The notes beneath the pieces were generated by a model. That model had not been told where the DNA came from and ran no database searches. It saw only the letters and a program-made list of their open reading frames with translations. Position numbers and translations under genes: made by a program. Positions 36,890-47,380 of a stretch of DNA of 64,000 nucleotides are shown here, in pieces. The DNA lies in contig JBHGNT010000009.1 of the NCBI GenBank assembly GCA_043228905.1, positions 7,254,001-7,318,000 of the forward strand, written 5' to 3'. Numbering within the stretch: the stretch's first letter is position 1; the number at the start of each line of letters is the position of its first letter. Source of the stretch: Azolla caroliniana (Eukaryota; Plantae; Polypodiophyta).

Positions 36890-37546
36890 TTGGATAGCCG
36901 GGTAGATTTTTCGTTGCGGGAACTACTCGGAATAGCGAAGAAGGAGTTTCACGATCTTCTCGTGGATCTCGTGAAAAGGAAGAGACAAAGTACGGAGGAA
37001 AATGCTCCAAGGGTGAATGCAAATACCGTTTCAATGAACGACACCGAAGTGGAAGGCGAAATTCCGAACTCCCACTATACAAGGCCACACTGGGCACGTG
37101 CGACTACGGAGACTCCGGTCCGAATCGGCAACATCAAAGAACCCGTGCTAGCATTGATTGATCACGGATCGGAGATCAACTTGATGTCCAAGGAGTTCTA
37201 CCGAAAGGGGAAGTGGCCTATAAACACCAACCATGGATGGAAGATTCGGGCAGCCACGAAAACGACAGAAGACCTATTTGCGGCTTGTCCGGATGTGACG
37301 GTAAAGATCGGGGATGTCGAAATTGACCAAAATTTCTTTGTGCAGGATGAGGTTTCACATTCTGTCATCCTCGGCCAACCCTTTATCACGGCTTCACGGA
37401 TGGAGACGAAGGTGCTCGATAGTGGTGCGGCTTTTGCGCAAATTCGGAGCCAAAACGGAGGGAAATCCGTCCAATTCCTAACGGTGCCGGCAAATCACGA
37501 AAGGAACAAGAGGGAACTCTTGTCCCAAGTGAGAATGGATTTTTAA
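36890..37546 (+). CDS. G gag-protease, part 2 (aspartic protease)
   Basis: LALIDHGSEINLM and VILGQPF protease motifs; ends MDF-stop. Confidence 0.9.
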   Translation: MDSRVDFSLRELLGIAKKEFHDLLVDLVKRKRQSTEENAPRVNANTVSMNDTEVEGEIPNSHYTRPHWARATTETPVRIGNIKEPVLALIDHGSEINLMSKEFYRKGKWPINTNHGWKIRAATKTTEDLFAACPDVTVKIGDVEIDQNFFVQDEVSHSVILGQPFITASRMETKVLDSGAAFAQIRSQNGGKSVQFLTVPANHERNKRELLSQVRMDF

Positions 37547-37600
37547 AGCGGACTGTTGCGGAGTGGGGAAGTGATAGTCCGAGAAGCCCTGATACCCCAC
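37537..37600 (+). promoter_or_regulatory. Candidate -1 ribosomal frameshift signal (slippery heptamer + pseudoknot)
   Basis: G GAT TTT at 37537-37543 just before the stop. Stem 37549-37559 / 37571-37581; loop gtgggg 37563-37568 pairs with ccccac 37595-37600. The -1 frame is open into pol. Confidence 0.8.
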
Positions 37601-40600
37601 ACAGGAAGAAAACTCTCGGAGCAAAACAAGTACGAATCGGCCCGGATGGGGCATCTACGTACACGGCCGTAACCGGAGGAATGAAGAAACAATACCGACA
37701 AGTGGAGGATAAGTTACGGTCGGCATCAATAATAAAAGAAGACGAAGAAATCGTGGGAGTGATCGAGGAAGTGTTCTATGGGAATACACTACAACGGCTT
37801 GAAGAGCTTGCGGAAGATAAAAGCCAAGGGAACCGGGTAGTCCCGGTGGAATCGGTCGAGATGTACGAGATCGTTGCGAAAATGGGGCCGGATGCGCTCC
37901 GCAAAGAAGAAGCAATGGTAAGTACGAAATACAAGACCGTGGAGAAGAAGGTGAAACCGGCCGCGGGACCACTACCCGCCGATAGCGAACAAAAGAAGAA
38001 AGAAGTCTCGGGAGATCCGACACTTCGGAAGTCCGTGGATATCGGACATGCCTTCACAGATGAGACCCGGAAGAAACTTCGGATCGGTGGAGGTGGGTTC
38101 CTCTTACAAGAAGAAGAAAAACGGTTTCAAGAGATGTTGGAGCAACATGGCAAAGCATTCGCGTTCACATCGAGGGAGATCGGATGCATTGATCCAAAGA
38201 TAGTGGAGCCGATGGTGATTTTCACGATTGATCATGTACCGTGGAACCTGAAGCCGATTCCGGTGCCACGGGCGCATATTCCGAAAGTCATCGACTTGCT
38301 CAAGGAGAAGGTGGCGATGGGGATTCTAGAGCCATCAAGTGCTCCGTACTCAAATCGATGGTTTACGGTTCCGAAGAAGAATGGGTCACTCCGATTCATC
38401 CAAGACTTGCAACCGGTGAACAAGGTCACGATCCGGAACTCGGGAGTCGGTCCGATAGTGGACGAATTCGCGGAAGCTTTTGCCGGACGTGCGATATACT
38501 CCATCGGGGACCTATACTCGGGGTATGACCAATTCCAACTAGCCGTGGAGAGCCGAGACATCACTACCATGCGGACACCGATAGGACTAGTTCGAATGTG
38601 CACACTACCACAAGGAGCGACAAACTCGGTTGCACATATGATGAACGTGATGAACAAGGTGCTTCGAGATTGCATCCCGGAGATAACGATGCCGTTTCTA
38701 GATGACATTCCGATGAAAGGATGCGCGGTGGAAGAAAAAGATGAGACTATGGATGATCGGGGATGCCGAAAGTTCGTGGTCGACCATATTCATGATTGCG
38801 AGAAAGTGTTGCGAAAGCTAGAAGATGTGCACCTAACACTTTCCGGGGAGAAATCGGCATTCGGGCGAGAAGAAATATTGGTGGTCGGACATCTATGTGG
38901 ACCCTACGGCCGAAGACCGTCACCAACAAAGATCGATGCGATTCAAGCTATGAAGGAAGTATGTGAGTCAACATCGGAAGTCCGAAGGTTTCTGGGTGTG
39001 TGTGCATTCTATCACATATGGATTCCGCACTATGCACATATAGCGGACCCGCTCTATCACTTGTTGCGGAAAGGTAAGAAATTCGAGTGGAAACCGGAAC
39101 ACACTAAAGCCATGAGGAAGCTCAAGAAGACACTATGGAGGGCGGAATCACTTAAGAAGCCAAGCTACGAGCGGCCAATCATAGTAACGGTTGATACAAG
39201 TCCAACCGGTATCGGGTGGGTCATCAATCAAGCCGACTCGGATGGTTCGCGGTATCCGATCCGATTTGGAGCAAAGGTCCTCAACGAAAGGCAACGCGGA
39301 TATGCACAAGTCAAAAGAGAATTGTGGGGAGTCGTGTCGGCGATAAAATCGGATCGGGATTATTTGATCGGAGCTGAAGTGGTGATCGAGACGGATTGTC
39401 TTCCGATACTCGGGATGATGCGGTGTTGTACAATACCGGATGTGGCTATGCTAAGGTGGATTGCATATGTCAAGTCACTTAATCCGGAGGTTCGACACAT
39501 CTCGGGGAAGGACAACGCGGTAGCGGACATGTTATCGAGGGCGCGGTTTGAAGACGACATAACCGAATCAGATAATGAAGAAGTTTCCGAAGACTACTTC
39601 ACGTCAGAACACATATGCCGAGTGAACGTGATCCAAGAATTCCGGGAAGAAGAATACGAGGGGGAAACCTTGATGATCGGGAAGATGCTACAAGAGGTCG
39701 AGGATTCAACCAATGATAAAGAAAGGAGAGCCGAGATCCGAAGGAAGAAGAGGCAAGTCCAAAAGTTCTTCTTGGAAAACGGTTTAATATGGAGGACGCC
39801 GAAAAGACCGGATGGGATACCACTTCGAGTAGTCGGGACGAAAGAGCAACGAAACCGGATAATGTCCGAGTTCCACGAATCCGATTGGGCTGGACATCGA
39901 GGAACATGGGCAACTTTTGTGAAAATCAAGCAAAGATATTGGTGGAAGAACATGTATAAAGATGTCGCGGAGTTCACAGAAAGCTGCGAGAAATGTCAAG
40001 TCTACTCCGGGGTCCGACACCGAGATGAGCTGCATCCGACATTCTCACCGACAATCAACTTCAAGTGGATGGTCGACATTGTAGCTATGCCAACCGGGAT
40101 TGGACAAAAGAAATACTTGGTGTTAGCTCGAGAAGATCTCACAAACCAAGTTGAAGGTCGAGCGCTTCGGAGGAAAACGTGTGCCGCGGTGTGCCAATTT
40201 CTTTTGGAAGAAGTGTTTTGTAGGTACGGCTGCGTAGGACAAGTGATTGCGGACCGGGGAGAACTCGACTCGGACAAAGCTAGGGGATTCTTCGCCAAAC
40301 ATGGAGTTCGGTTAACGTTGACAACGGCCTACAATCCGGAGGCCAACGGGAAGATCGAACGAGGACATAGTCCGATCGTGAAAGCACTTGCGAAGGCATG
40401 CGACGGAAGGGTGAAGGATTGGCCACAAATGCTTCCGTATGCACTATGGGCGGATCGGACGACGCATAGCTCCGTGACCGGTTACATGCCGGCAGAACTC
40501 ATGACCGGACAAGCACCGGTAATGCCGACGGAAACCGCAATCGCGACATGGGCAATACTACCGTGGAAGGAAGAGATGAGCCGGGAAGAACTACTAGCGG

Positions 40601-41148
40601 TCCGGATACGACAACTGGAGGGAAGACCGAAAGATGTAGCGGAAGCGTCACGCCGACAACAAGAAGCATGGTTCCGGAACAAAAGCCGGTTCGACACAAA
40701 GCACCGACTACGACCGAGGAGGATTGAAGAAGGAGATTGGGTGATCGTCTATGATAGTAGCTTGGACCATCAACATACAACGATGCGGAAATTCGCGAAA
40801 AGGTGGTTCGGGCCGTACGAGGTTCGGAAGGTCTTCGACAACGGGACGTACCGACTGTCCGAGTTGGATGGAACAATACTACGAGTGCCTATAGCCGGGA
40901 AGCGGGTGAAGATTTTCAAGAAGCGGACCGACGACAAACCTTATGTGATCCAAGTCGAGGCCGACAACGAGGAGCAATCGGACGATGACCACAATGATAC
41001 GGGAAGCGAAGAAAGTGGATTACAACTCATAGTCGACATAAGGGGAGAATCGGAGGAAGCTTCGGATGAAGACGGATACGAAGAATCAAGAACTTCGGCA
41101 CATACCGGAGGATGTGCGGGTTTGGAGGGGGCGAGTGTCGTAGTGTAG
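37537..41148 (+). CDS. G Pol (RT, RNase H, integrase), probably reached by -1 frameshift; first in-frame ATG at 37681
   Basis: FIQDLQPVN, DLYSGYDQF, LPQGATNS, FLDD, VDTSPTGIG, ETDC, NAVADMLSR, HHCC, IADRG, NGKIERGH, GPY motif, acidic tail; stop lies inside the 3' LTR. Confidence 0.95.
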   Translation, partial: GFLKRTVAEWGSDSPRSPDTPHRKKTLGAKQVRIGPDGASTYTAVTGGMKKQYRQVEDKLRSASIIKEDEEIVGVIEEVFYGNTLQRLEELAEDKSQGNRVVPVESVEMYEIVAKMGPDALRKEEAMVSTKYKTVEKKVKPAAGPLPADSEQKKKEVSGDPTLRKSVDIGHAFTDETRKKLRIGGGGFLLQEEEKRFQEMLEQHGKAFAFTSREIGCIDPKIVEPMVIFTIDHVPWNLKPIPVPRAHIPKVIDLLKEKVAMGILEPSSAPYSNRWFTVPKKNGSLRFIQDLQPVNKVTIRNSGVGPIVDEFAEAFAGRAIYSIGDLYSGYDQFQLAVESRDITTMRTPIGLVRMCTLPQGATNSVAHMMNVMNKVLRDCIPEITMPFLDDIPMKGCAVEEKDETMDDRGCRKFVVDHIHDCEKVLRKLEDVHLTLSGEKSAFGREEILVVGHLCGPYGRRPSPTKIDAIQAMKEVCESTSEVRRFLGVCAFYHIWIPHYAHIADPLYHLLRKGKKFEWKPEHTKAMRKLKKTLWRAESLKKPSYERPIIVTVDTSPTGIGWVINQADSDGSRYPIRFGAKVLNERQRGYAQVKRELWGVVSAIKSDRDYLIGAEVVIETDCLPILGMMRCCTIPDVAMLRWIAYVKSLNPEVRHISGKDNAVADMLSRARFEDDITESDNEEVSEDYFTSEHICRVNVIQEFREEEYEGETLMIGKMLQEVEDSTNDKERRAEIRRKKRQVQKFFLENGLIWRTPKRPDGIPLRVVGTKEQRNRIMSEFHESDWAGHRGTWATFVKIKQRYWWKNMYKDVAEFTESCEKCQVYSGVRHRDELHPTFSPTINFKWMVDIVAMPTGIGQKKYLVLAREDLTNQVEGRALRRKTCAAVCQFLLEEVFCRYGCVGQVIADRGELDSDKARGFFAKHGVRLTLTTAYNPEANGKIERGHSPIVKALAKACDGRVKDWPQMLPYALWADRTTHSSVTGYMPAELMTGQAPVMPTETAIATWAILPWKEEMSREELLAVRIRQLEGRPKDVAEASRRQQEAWFRNKSRFDTKHRLRPRRIEEGDWVIVYDSSLDHQHTTMRKFAKRWFGPYEVRKVFDNGTYRLSELDGTILRVPIAGKRVKIFKKRTDDKPYVIQVEADNEEQSDDDHNDTGSEESGLQLIVDIRGESEEASDEDGYEESRTSAHTGGCAGLEGASVVV

Positions 41149-43024
41149 GTTGCACACTATGTGGAAATTATATTTTTGTCCCTCCGGATAGAGAATGGAG
41201 TGCTTGGTGAGAACCGGAAGAAAACGGCATACCGGCAAGGAGGAAAACGGCATACCGGCAAGGAAGAGCCGGATAAAGAGACATAAATGTAAAATAAAGG
41301 AAATACTCACTATTGCGCAGGGCGTGATTCGAACTCTGCACCTCCACGTTGACAAACCCCAACCTTACCATTACATTAACTTATCTTAAGTGTTTTAAAT
41401 ATAGATTTAATACGTATAAGACCTTTATTTATGCATACCTTTATTAAAAGGTAAATTGTGTATTTTTTTAATATATGAAAAAGAAAAAACACGAGACACT
41501 AAAAATAACTCATGCACATCTAGCGTGCATGAGCCCTATACTTAGGAAATAAAAAAAAAGCATCACATGCACATTTAGTGTGCATGAACATATTAGAAAA
41601 AGCATGTAGCTATGCTTAGTCTCTCCCATCACTATATAAGGACGGGGAGCACATTGTAGTTGTTGTTGATTATTTGGATTAAGTATTAATCAATACAAAA
41701 ATTATTCGTGGGATTCACGATTTATACATCTACTTCTCTCTTAACACCCTAAGTACCAATTAATATAGTATACTCGTGTGATTCACGAGTTTCTTATCTT
41801 TCTCTTTGCTATTTACTCATTATTAATCTCTATCTCACGAACTTCTTTCTCCTAGTCCAAGACCTCTGTGGTTCCCACCCGACTCATGCAACGATCCGGA
41901 GCCGAAAGGCACGACAACGTGCACCACACCGACTCAAGACACGCCTCTTATGTACACGAAACAAAGGGAAAGAAATGCACCCGACACCAACAGAGACACA
42001 AATATGCACAACCTGATATATATATATATTACACAAGCAAGATACACCTCCGGCTTCAAGCCGGACCAAGGTAGCTTAGGTTACAACAGTCGTCTACTGC
42101 CAAGCCACCGAGCGGGGTCTTGCACAAGAGACCGAATAGAAGCAAACCCCACTGAACGTACAGCTCTTCACTAGACTAAACCTTAAACAGACACGAAGGA
42201 GAAGAAGAAATCGAAGAACCCTAACCGAAAACAAGAAAGTAAGAAGGAGAAGAAGCTACCGAAATGAAACCCTAAACGAAATGGGTGGAAGAAGACCAAA
42301 GTAGAAACCCTATGAAAATAAGAATGAGATGAAGAGGAAGAACACTACCAAACCCTAGACCTAAGTGGTATACCCTCCTAACTCAAAATGGGCAACCCCT
42401 CTATAAGGGACCCTCCCTTCCTTTGATGGAACAAGGAGAGGGATGCGTAACAATGTGGGATAAATCCTGTATTACATGGGATTCTCTATCCCAACTTAAT
42501 TCCTATTCAACGCCATAAAGGCACCCCTATTATTCACACGTTTTTACAAGGGTAAGTGCAGATGATGCACTCCACCGATTCTTCCGATATTCCCCGGTTT
42601 CTCACCATGGCCCGGAATCTTCACGACATCCGCCCCCACCAAACCGCACGTCCACCGGTACGTGCCAAGTTCAGAGAAGGGTGAGAGATTCCGGCCGGTG
42701 AGGAACCGGTCTTCCGTAATCCACATTCCGGTTGTGCATTGGCCTCGCCGGTCCCAACCGTCAGCTCCGGTTCCTTCTCCGCGTTTGCCTCTCTGTAGAC
42801 TTGTTCGACCCGTTGGTAGGTCATTCGTCGCGATCCTATAGTGTGTGTGCTTCCCCGTTGGCCCTTCTTTCGACCGCATGCACGCTTCTCATCCCTTCGA
42901 ATACACGGTGTCCTCTGTCCGAGAAGCACCTGTGATGGTCCGCTTGGCCTCCTTCGACGTTCGCGTCGTCCTGATTCTCATTCCGCATTGATCTCCACCA
43001 CCTTGGTCCCCTCGCCGCCACCTA

Positions 43025-45545
43025 CCTTCTCCTTGGTCTTACGTTGCCACGGCGGCCGAACTGCTAAGGTCTACGAAACAAGTGTGGAGGATCCCTCTTC
43101 GGCCTTCTACGCGAGATCACCTGGACCGACAACTCATCTTTGCGCCTGTATTCCAGCTCTAGCACCTCCGTGTACCGTGCATCCCCTTCTCGTACTCGGC
43201 TCCGCCCGTGCCACACTCCGGTTACTTCCCATGCACGTGTCATCGGCCCTTGCCCGGCTAGATTGTGCATTGCCGCTTCTCCGCATACCGGTGTCCTCCG
43301 CGTCCAAGGAACACCCCATAGTAGCCCGCTTGGCCACTTTCGTCTTGCGCTGTTGCCACCCGTTTGGAGCCTTCCGCTTTGCGTCGTCCCCTCGCCCCCT
43401 CAAGATTGTTACCTCGGGTGCGGCTTGCCACGCCAGTCGTTGCCACTCCGACTGGACGACCGAGATCTCCGAAGCAGGTGTGGAGGATCATTCTCCGGCC
43501 CTTGTTCCTGTTTCTGGTTTCCAATCCATGTAGTCTGTTACGCGCCCGTGCTCTCGTTCCCAGCACCTCTGTGTGCTATCTTCCGCCTTCCTTGTTCGAC
43601 ACCGCATGTGCCGAACACCATCCCGTTCTCATGCTTCGCTTTGGCCCTTGATGGCCACTTGCACGTCTTCCGATCCACTTTCAGGTGCGCCCTTTCCATC
43701 TTAGTGCACCGCTCCTTGACCGGGTGTCCCCGACAACTTACTAGAAGATCACCATCGCTGCGTTCCGGCCCGCATTGCCTCCTTCGTTTGTGTGACGCCT
43801 CGGCTATTCGATGCTTTTGTTGTTGCCACCTTTGTCCCCTTGCCGCCACCTTCCATTACCCTCAGTCTCATGTTGCCACGTCGGCCGAACTCCGGAGTCT
43901 CCGGGCAGGTGTGAAGGATCCTTCTTGGGCCTCCAATTTGTTGGGTCACCGACTCGTGTACCAAGCACGTCTGATCTTTGTCTTGCCGACTCTGTCGGTC
44001 GGGTCCGTATACGGTTCGTGGCCACGTCGCCAGCTTGATACCTCTTTCCGCTGTTTCAGCCCTTGCTTTGTCGGATCCCATTCATCTACCGCCACTATCC
44101 TTCTCTCTAGGTCTCATGCCAGCTCTTGGGCCGACTGCCGGAGTCTCCGGATCGGTGTGAGGATCGTCGTAGGATCGCCCATCCGCACTTCTACGTCGTT
44201 TCTCGGGATCTCGTTCACCTGCCGCCACCGTCCATCTCTCTAGGTTTCATGCCGGCTCCGCTGCCGACTGTTGGAGTCTCCAGATCAGTAAGAGGATAGC
44301 CCATCCGTTGTCTTTGCCCTCATCCCCTCGCCACCACCGTCAGTCTCTTGGTCTTACGTTGGCTCCGTTGCCGACTGCCGAAGTCTCTAGCCCGGTGTGA
44401 AGGATCCTCCTTGGGCATGCGTCTTTCCGACCCCTTCCTTCTCCACATGTCGAGAGGCTGACTCGCTCCAGACCCTCTCCCGTGGTACTGATGTACCGTG
44501 TTCCAGCCTCTCCGTAGGCCTGCTCCTTCCTCCCTTCCGGATCGGTTATCCAGAAGTCCGCTCCGCCCGGTTCTTGTCCGGGTTCGTCCGCCACTCCGCA
44601 TTGTCGGGTCTCGTTCTCCTGCCACCACCATGAGTATCTTGGTCTTACATCAGATCCGATGCGGACCGCCGAAGTCTCTAGCCCGGTGTGAGGTGACCCA
44701 TAGGACTGGTCTTCGTTCTTCGCTTCCGGATCGTTTGTATTGGCCGTGACCTCCACGTCCTCGCCGCCAGTTTCCATCTCTTAGGTCTTCCATTGGTTCC
44801 CTGACGCAACCGCCTAAGTCTCGCGACGAGTGTGGAGGACCCATACTTCAGGCCGCCGCCTCTTTCTTTCTTCCCCCCGCCATCGATCCTCTTCTCGCGC
44901 TTCCCTACCATCTCCCTTCTCTCACGTTGCCACACTGGTCGAACTGTCGAGATCTCCGGTCAAGATGTGGGGATACCGATTCCGTAATGACTCCCGACGA
45001 CTTGTCCCAGGCCACCGACCCTTTTAGTGGTGTCGGTGGAAAGCATATGTTCTATGATCGATCAAGCCCCGCCTAGGCTTGATTCTCCAATGTCCGGAGT
45101 TTTGGCTCTGACACTGATCCCGCCGGACTCGTTCTGTACTCTCGATCATCTTCTTCCTGATTCCCGACCTTCTCCCGGTCGGTCTTTCTCCCCATGTAAA
45201 AGAGGGCGGCTCGTCCTGCACCCTCTCCCATATCGGCACCTTCATACCGAACCTTGCCGCTATCGCATGATCCACATCCGGATCGTGCTCCACCTGAATC
45301 GGAATGCCGACCAATCCGATTCCAAGTCGGGTCGACTTCTGATTCCGCTCCCTTCGGTGCCGCCTCTCATTTCCCCTTTCTTCTCTGCCGTAGCTCCGTC
45401 CTCGACCTCCTCACAGGCCGTTTCCCATCCATCTTTGTTGGCATCGTGCCAGGACTCCTTGTTGGCGCCTTCCATCTCTCCGGTCTTATGCCGGCACACG
45501 GGCTCGACTGCCGGAGTCTCCGGAATCCGTGTGGAGTGCTCTTCT
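43025..45545. repeat. Dispersed degenerate ~65-70-bp repeat in the F internal region (~10 copies)
   Basis: Consensus roughly tctcttggtcttacgtt...gccgactgccgaagtctc.....cggtgtg(g/a)aggat near 43030, 43440, 43860, 44105, 44235, 44345, 44635, 44775, 44920, 45475; one copy in H near 49015. Confidence 0.75.
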
Positions 45546-46467
45546 CCGCTCCCAACCTCCACCTTGGCCGGTCTTTCTCCGCAAGTTGAGAGGGTGTTTC
45601 GCTCCACACCCTCTCCCATGGTACCATCGTACCATTCCTCGGCCTCTGCTTGGGCCATGTCTGCCTTGTCCGGAAGGCCGACTTGCTTTGAGTCTTCGGA
45701 ATCCGCCCGCGTGCCAGATCTCTCTTCTTCATTGACCAATGCCTTCAAAGCCTCAAATGCTTCCCAGACCAAGGCTTCGACGTCAAGCTTCGCTGATCCT
45801 TCTTGTTGCGTGCCTGCTTCCTGCCATGATGGCACGCCGTCGCGCGTTATCTTCCTTTTTCCCTTCGCGGACCGGTCCTCGTCCAACCTTCGGCATACTC
45901 GTTCGACTTCCAACCAATCCAGGGTAAGGCCATTCGCTCCGCCATCATCTTCGAGCTCAATCCCGATGGCCTCCCGTTCCACTCGTTCGATAGACTAATG
46001 AAAAACAGGACTTTGTCCGCCCCCACCAGACTTTTCTCCTGTTCCGGGAGCCGAGCAAGTTGCCACTCGAACTCTCGGAACGTCTTCGTTGCACCTCGAT
46101 GGGTCTTCGCCGATGCAACCCTCTGGTCGAAGTTGCGTCGACCCCAACTCTTCCGCCATCCTCCATATGCTAGCAGGAGCACCTCTTCGAAGGCCTCCCA
46201 TGAACTATGAGCTTCTCGGAGCTCCTTCACTTCCGTGTGCATACAGACGGCGACAACCCGACAGAAGAACTCCAACCTCAACGCCTCGTCTACGTCTCAC
46301 ACCTCCATTTCTGTGTTGTAGGCTTCCAAGTAGAATGGGACTTTGTCCCCGTTGAAACGGCCTACTCTTTCGACCACTCACTCAATAGCTTGCTGCACCA
46401 CTTCCCGTCTCAACTCCAACACCACTTTAGCCACCATCTCCGCGAAGTCATCGTCTTCCGACTCCAT
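45260..46467 (-). pseudogene. F gag remnant with acidic extension
   Basis: MESEDDDFAEMVAKV...VERVGRFNGDKVPFYLEAYN...SWEAFEEVL...GADKVLFF is homologous to G and H gag; contains stops and a frameshift. Confidence 0.8.
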
Positions 46468-47380
46468 CCTCCCTTGTCTCCCTTTCACGTTTGGTTCACC
46501 AAAGATGTTGCAGTAATCTACGGGTCTGTGTCGAAGGCGGGACCACAAGGGTCTCTGACGAGGAAAGGATGGGTGTCCAGAAACCGACCTCTCTTCGGTT
46601 CCGACTTGCACTGGTTGTGGCGCAAACAAGAGCGATTTCGGACGCATACCGGCGACTACTGAACACGAGAGAGGGAGACGGAGGGATACCACGCGCGCAA
46701 CACCGACTCAACACACGCCTCTTATGTACACGAAACAAAGGGAAAGAAATGCACCCGACACCAACAGAGACACAAATATGCACAACCTGATATATATATA
46801 TATTACACAAGCAAGATACACCTCCGGCTTCAAGCCGGACCAAGGTAGCTTAGGTTACAACAGTCGTCTACTGCCAAGCCACCGAGCGGGGTCTTGCACA
46901 AGAGACCGAATAGAAGCAAACCCCATTGAACGTACAACTCTTCACTAGACTAAACCCTAAACAGACATGAAGGAGAAGAAGAAATCAAAGAACCCTAACT
47001 GAAAACAAGAAAGTAAGAAGGAGAAGAAGCTACCGAAATGAAGCCCTAAACGAAATGGGTGGAAGAAGACCAAAGTAGAAACCCTAAGAAAATAAGAATG
47101 AGATGAAGAGGAAGAACACTACCAAACCCTAGACCTAAGTGGTATACCCTCCTAACTCAAAATGGGCAACCCCTCTACAAGGGACCCTCCCTTTTATAGA
47201 ACAAGGAGAGGGATGTGTAACAATGTGGGATAAATCCTGTATTACATGGCATTCTCTGTCCCAACTTAACTCCCCTATTATTCACACGTTTTTACAAGGG
47301 TAACTACAGATGATGCACTCCGCTGATTCTTCCGATATTCCCCGGTTTCTCACCCTGTGCCGGAATCTTCACGACACCGT

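Larger units (their letters stand above)
29116..41916 (+). mobile_element. Element G: young Ty3/Gypsy without chromodomain (possibly Phygy/Selgy-related), interrupted by element I
   Basis: 781-bp LTRs 29116-29896 and 41136-41916 with 3 substitutions seen. 4-bp TSD ACGT at 29112-29115 and 41917-41920. PPT 41124-41135. Domain order PR-RT-RH-INT. Confidence 0.97.
28926..47376 (-). mobile_element. Element F: non-autonomous gag-only LTR element (~5.6 kb native), 3' LTR split by G
   Basis: LTRs 28926-29115 + 41921-42628 and 46506-47376. Trp-type PBS 46484-46501; PPT-like tract from 42629. Gag remnant present; no protease, RT or integrase motif found in 42629-46480. Flanks TCGT / CCGT. Confidence 0.88.

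Noticed and set aside
42170-42365. AAACCCTA telomere-like motifs in F and H LTRs
   Set aside because: Isolated telo-box-like motifs, common in plant LTRs and promoters; not a telomeric array.
42841-44243. Long plus-strand ORFs in F (230 and 367 aa; also 45027-45998) as env-like or antisense genes
   Set aside because: Pyrimidine-rich strand is naturally poor in stops; no transmembrane pattern or conserved counterpart in H.
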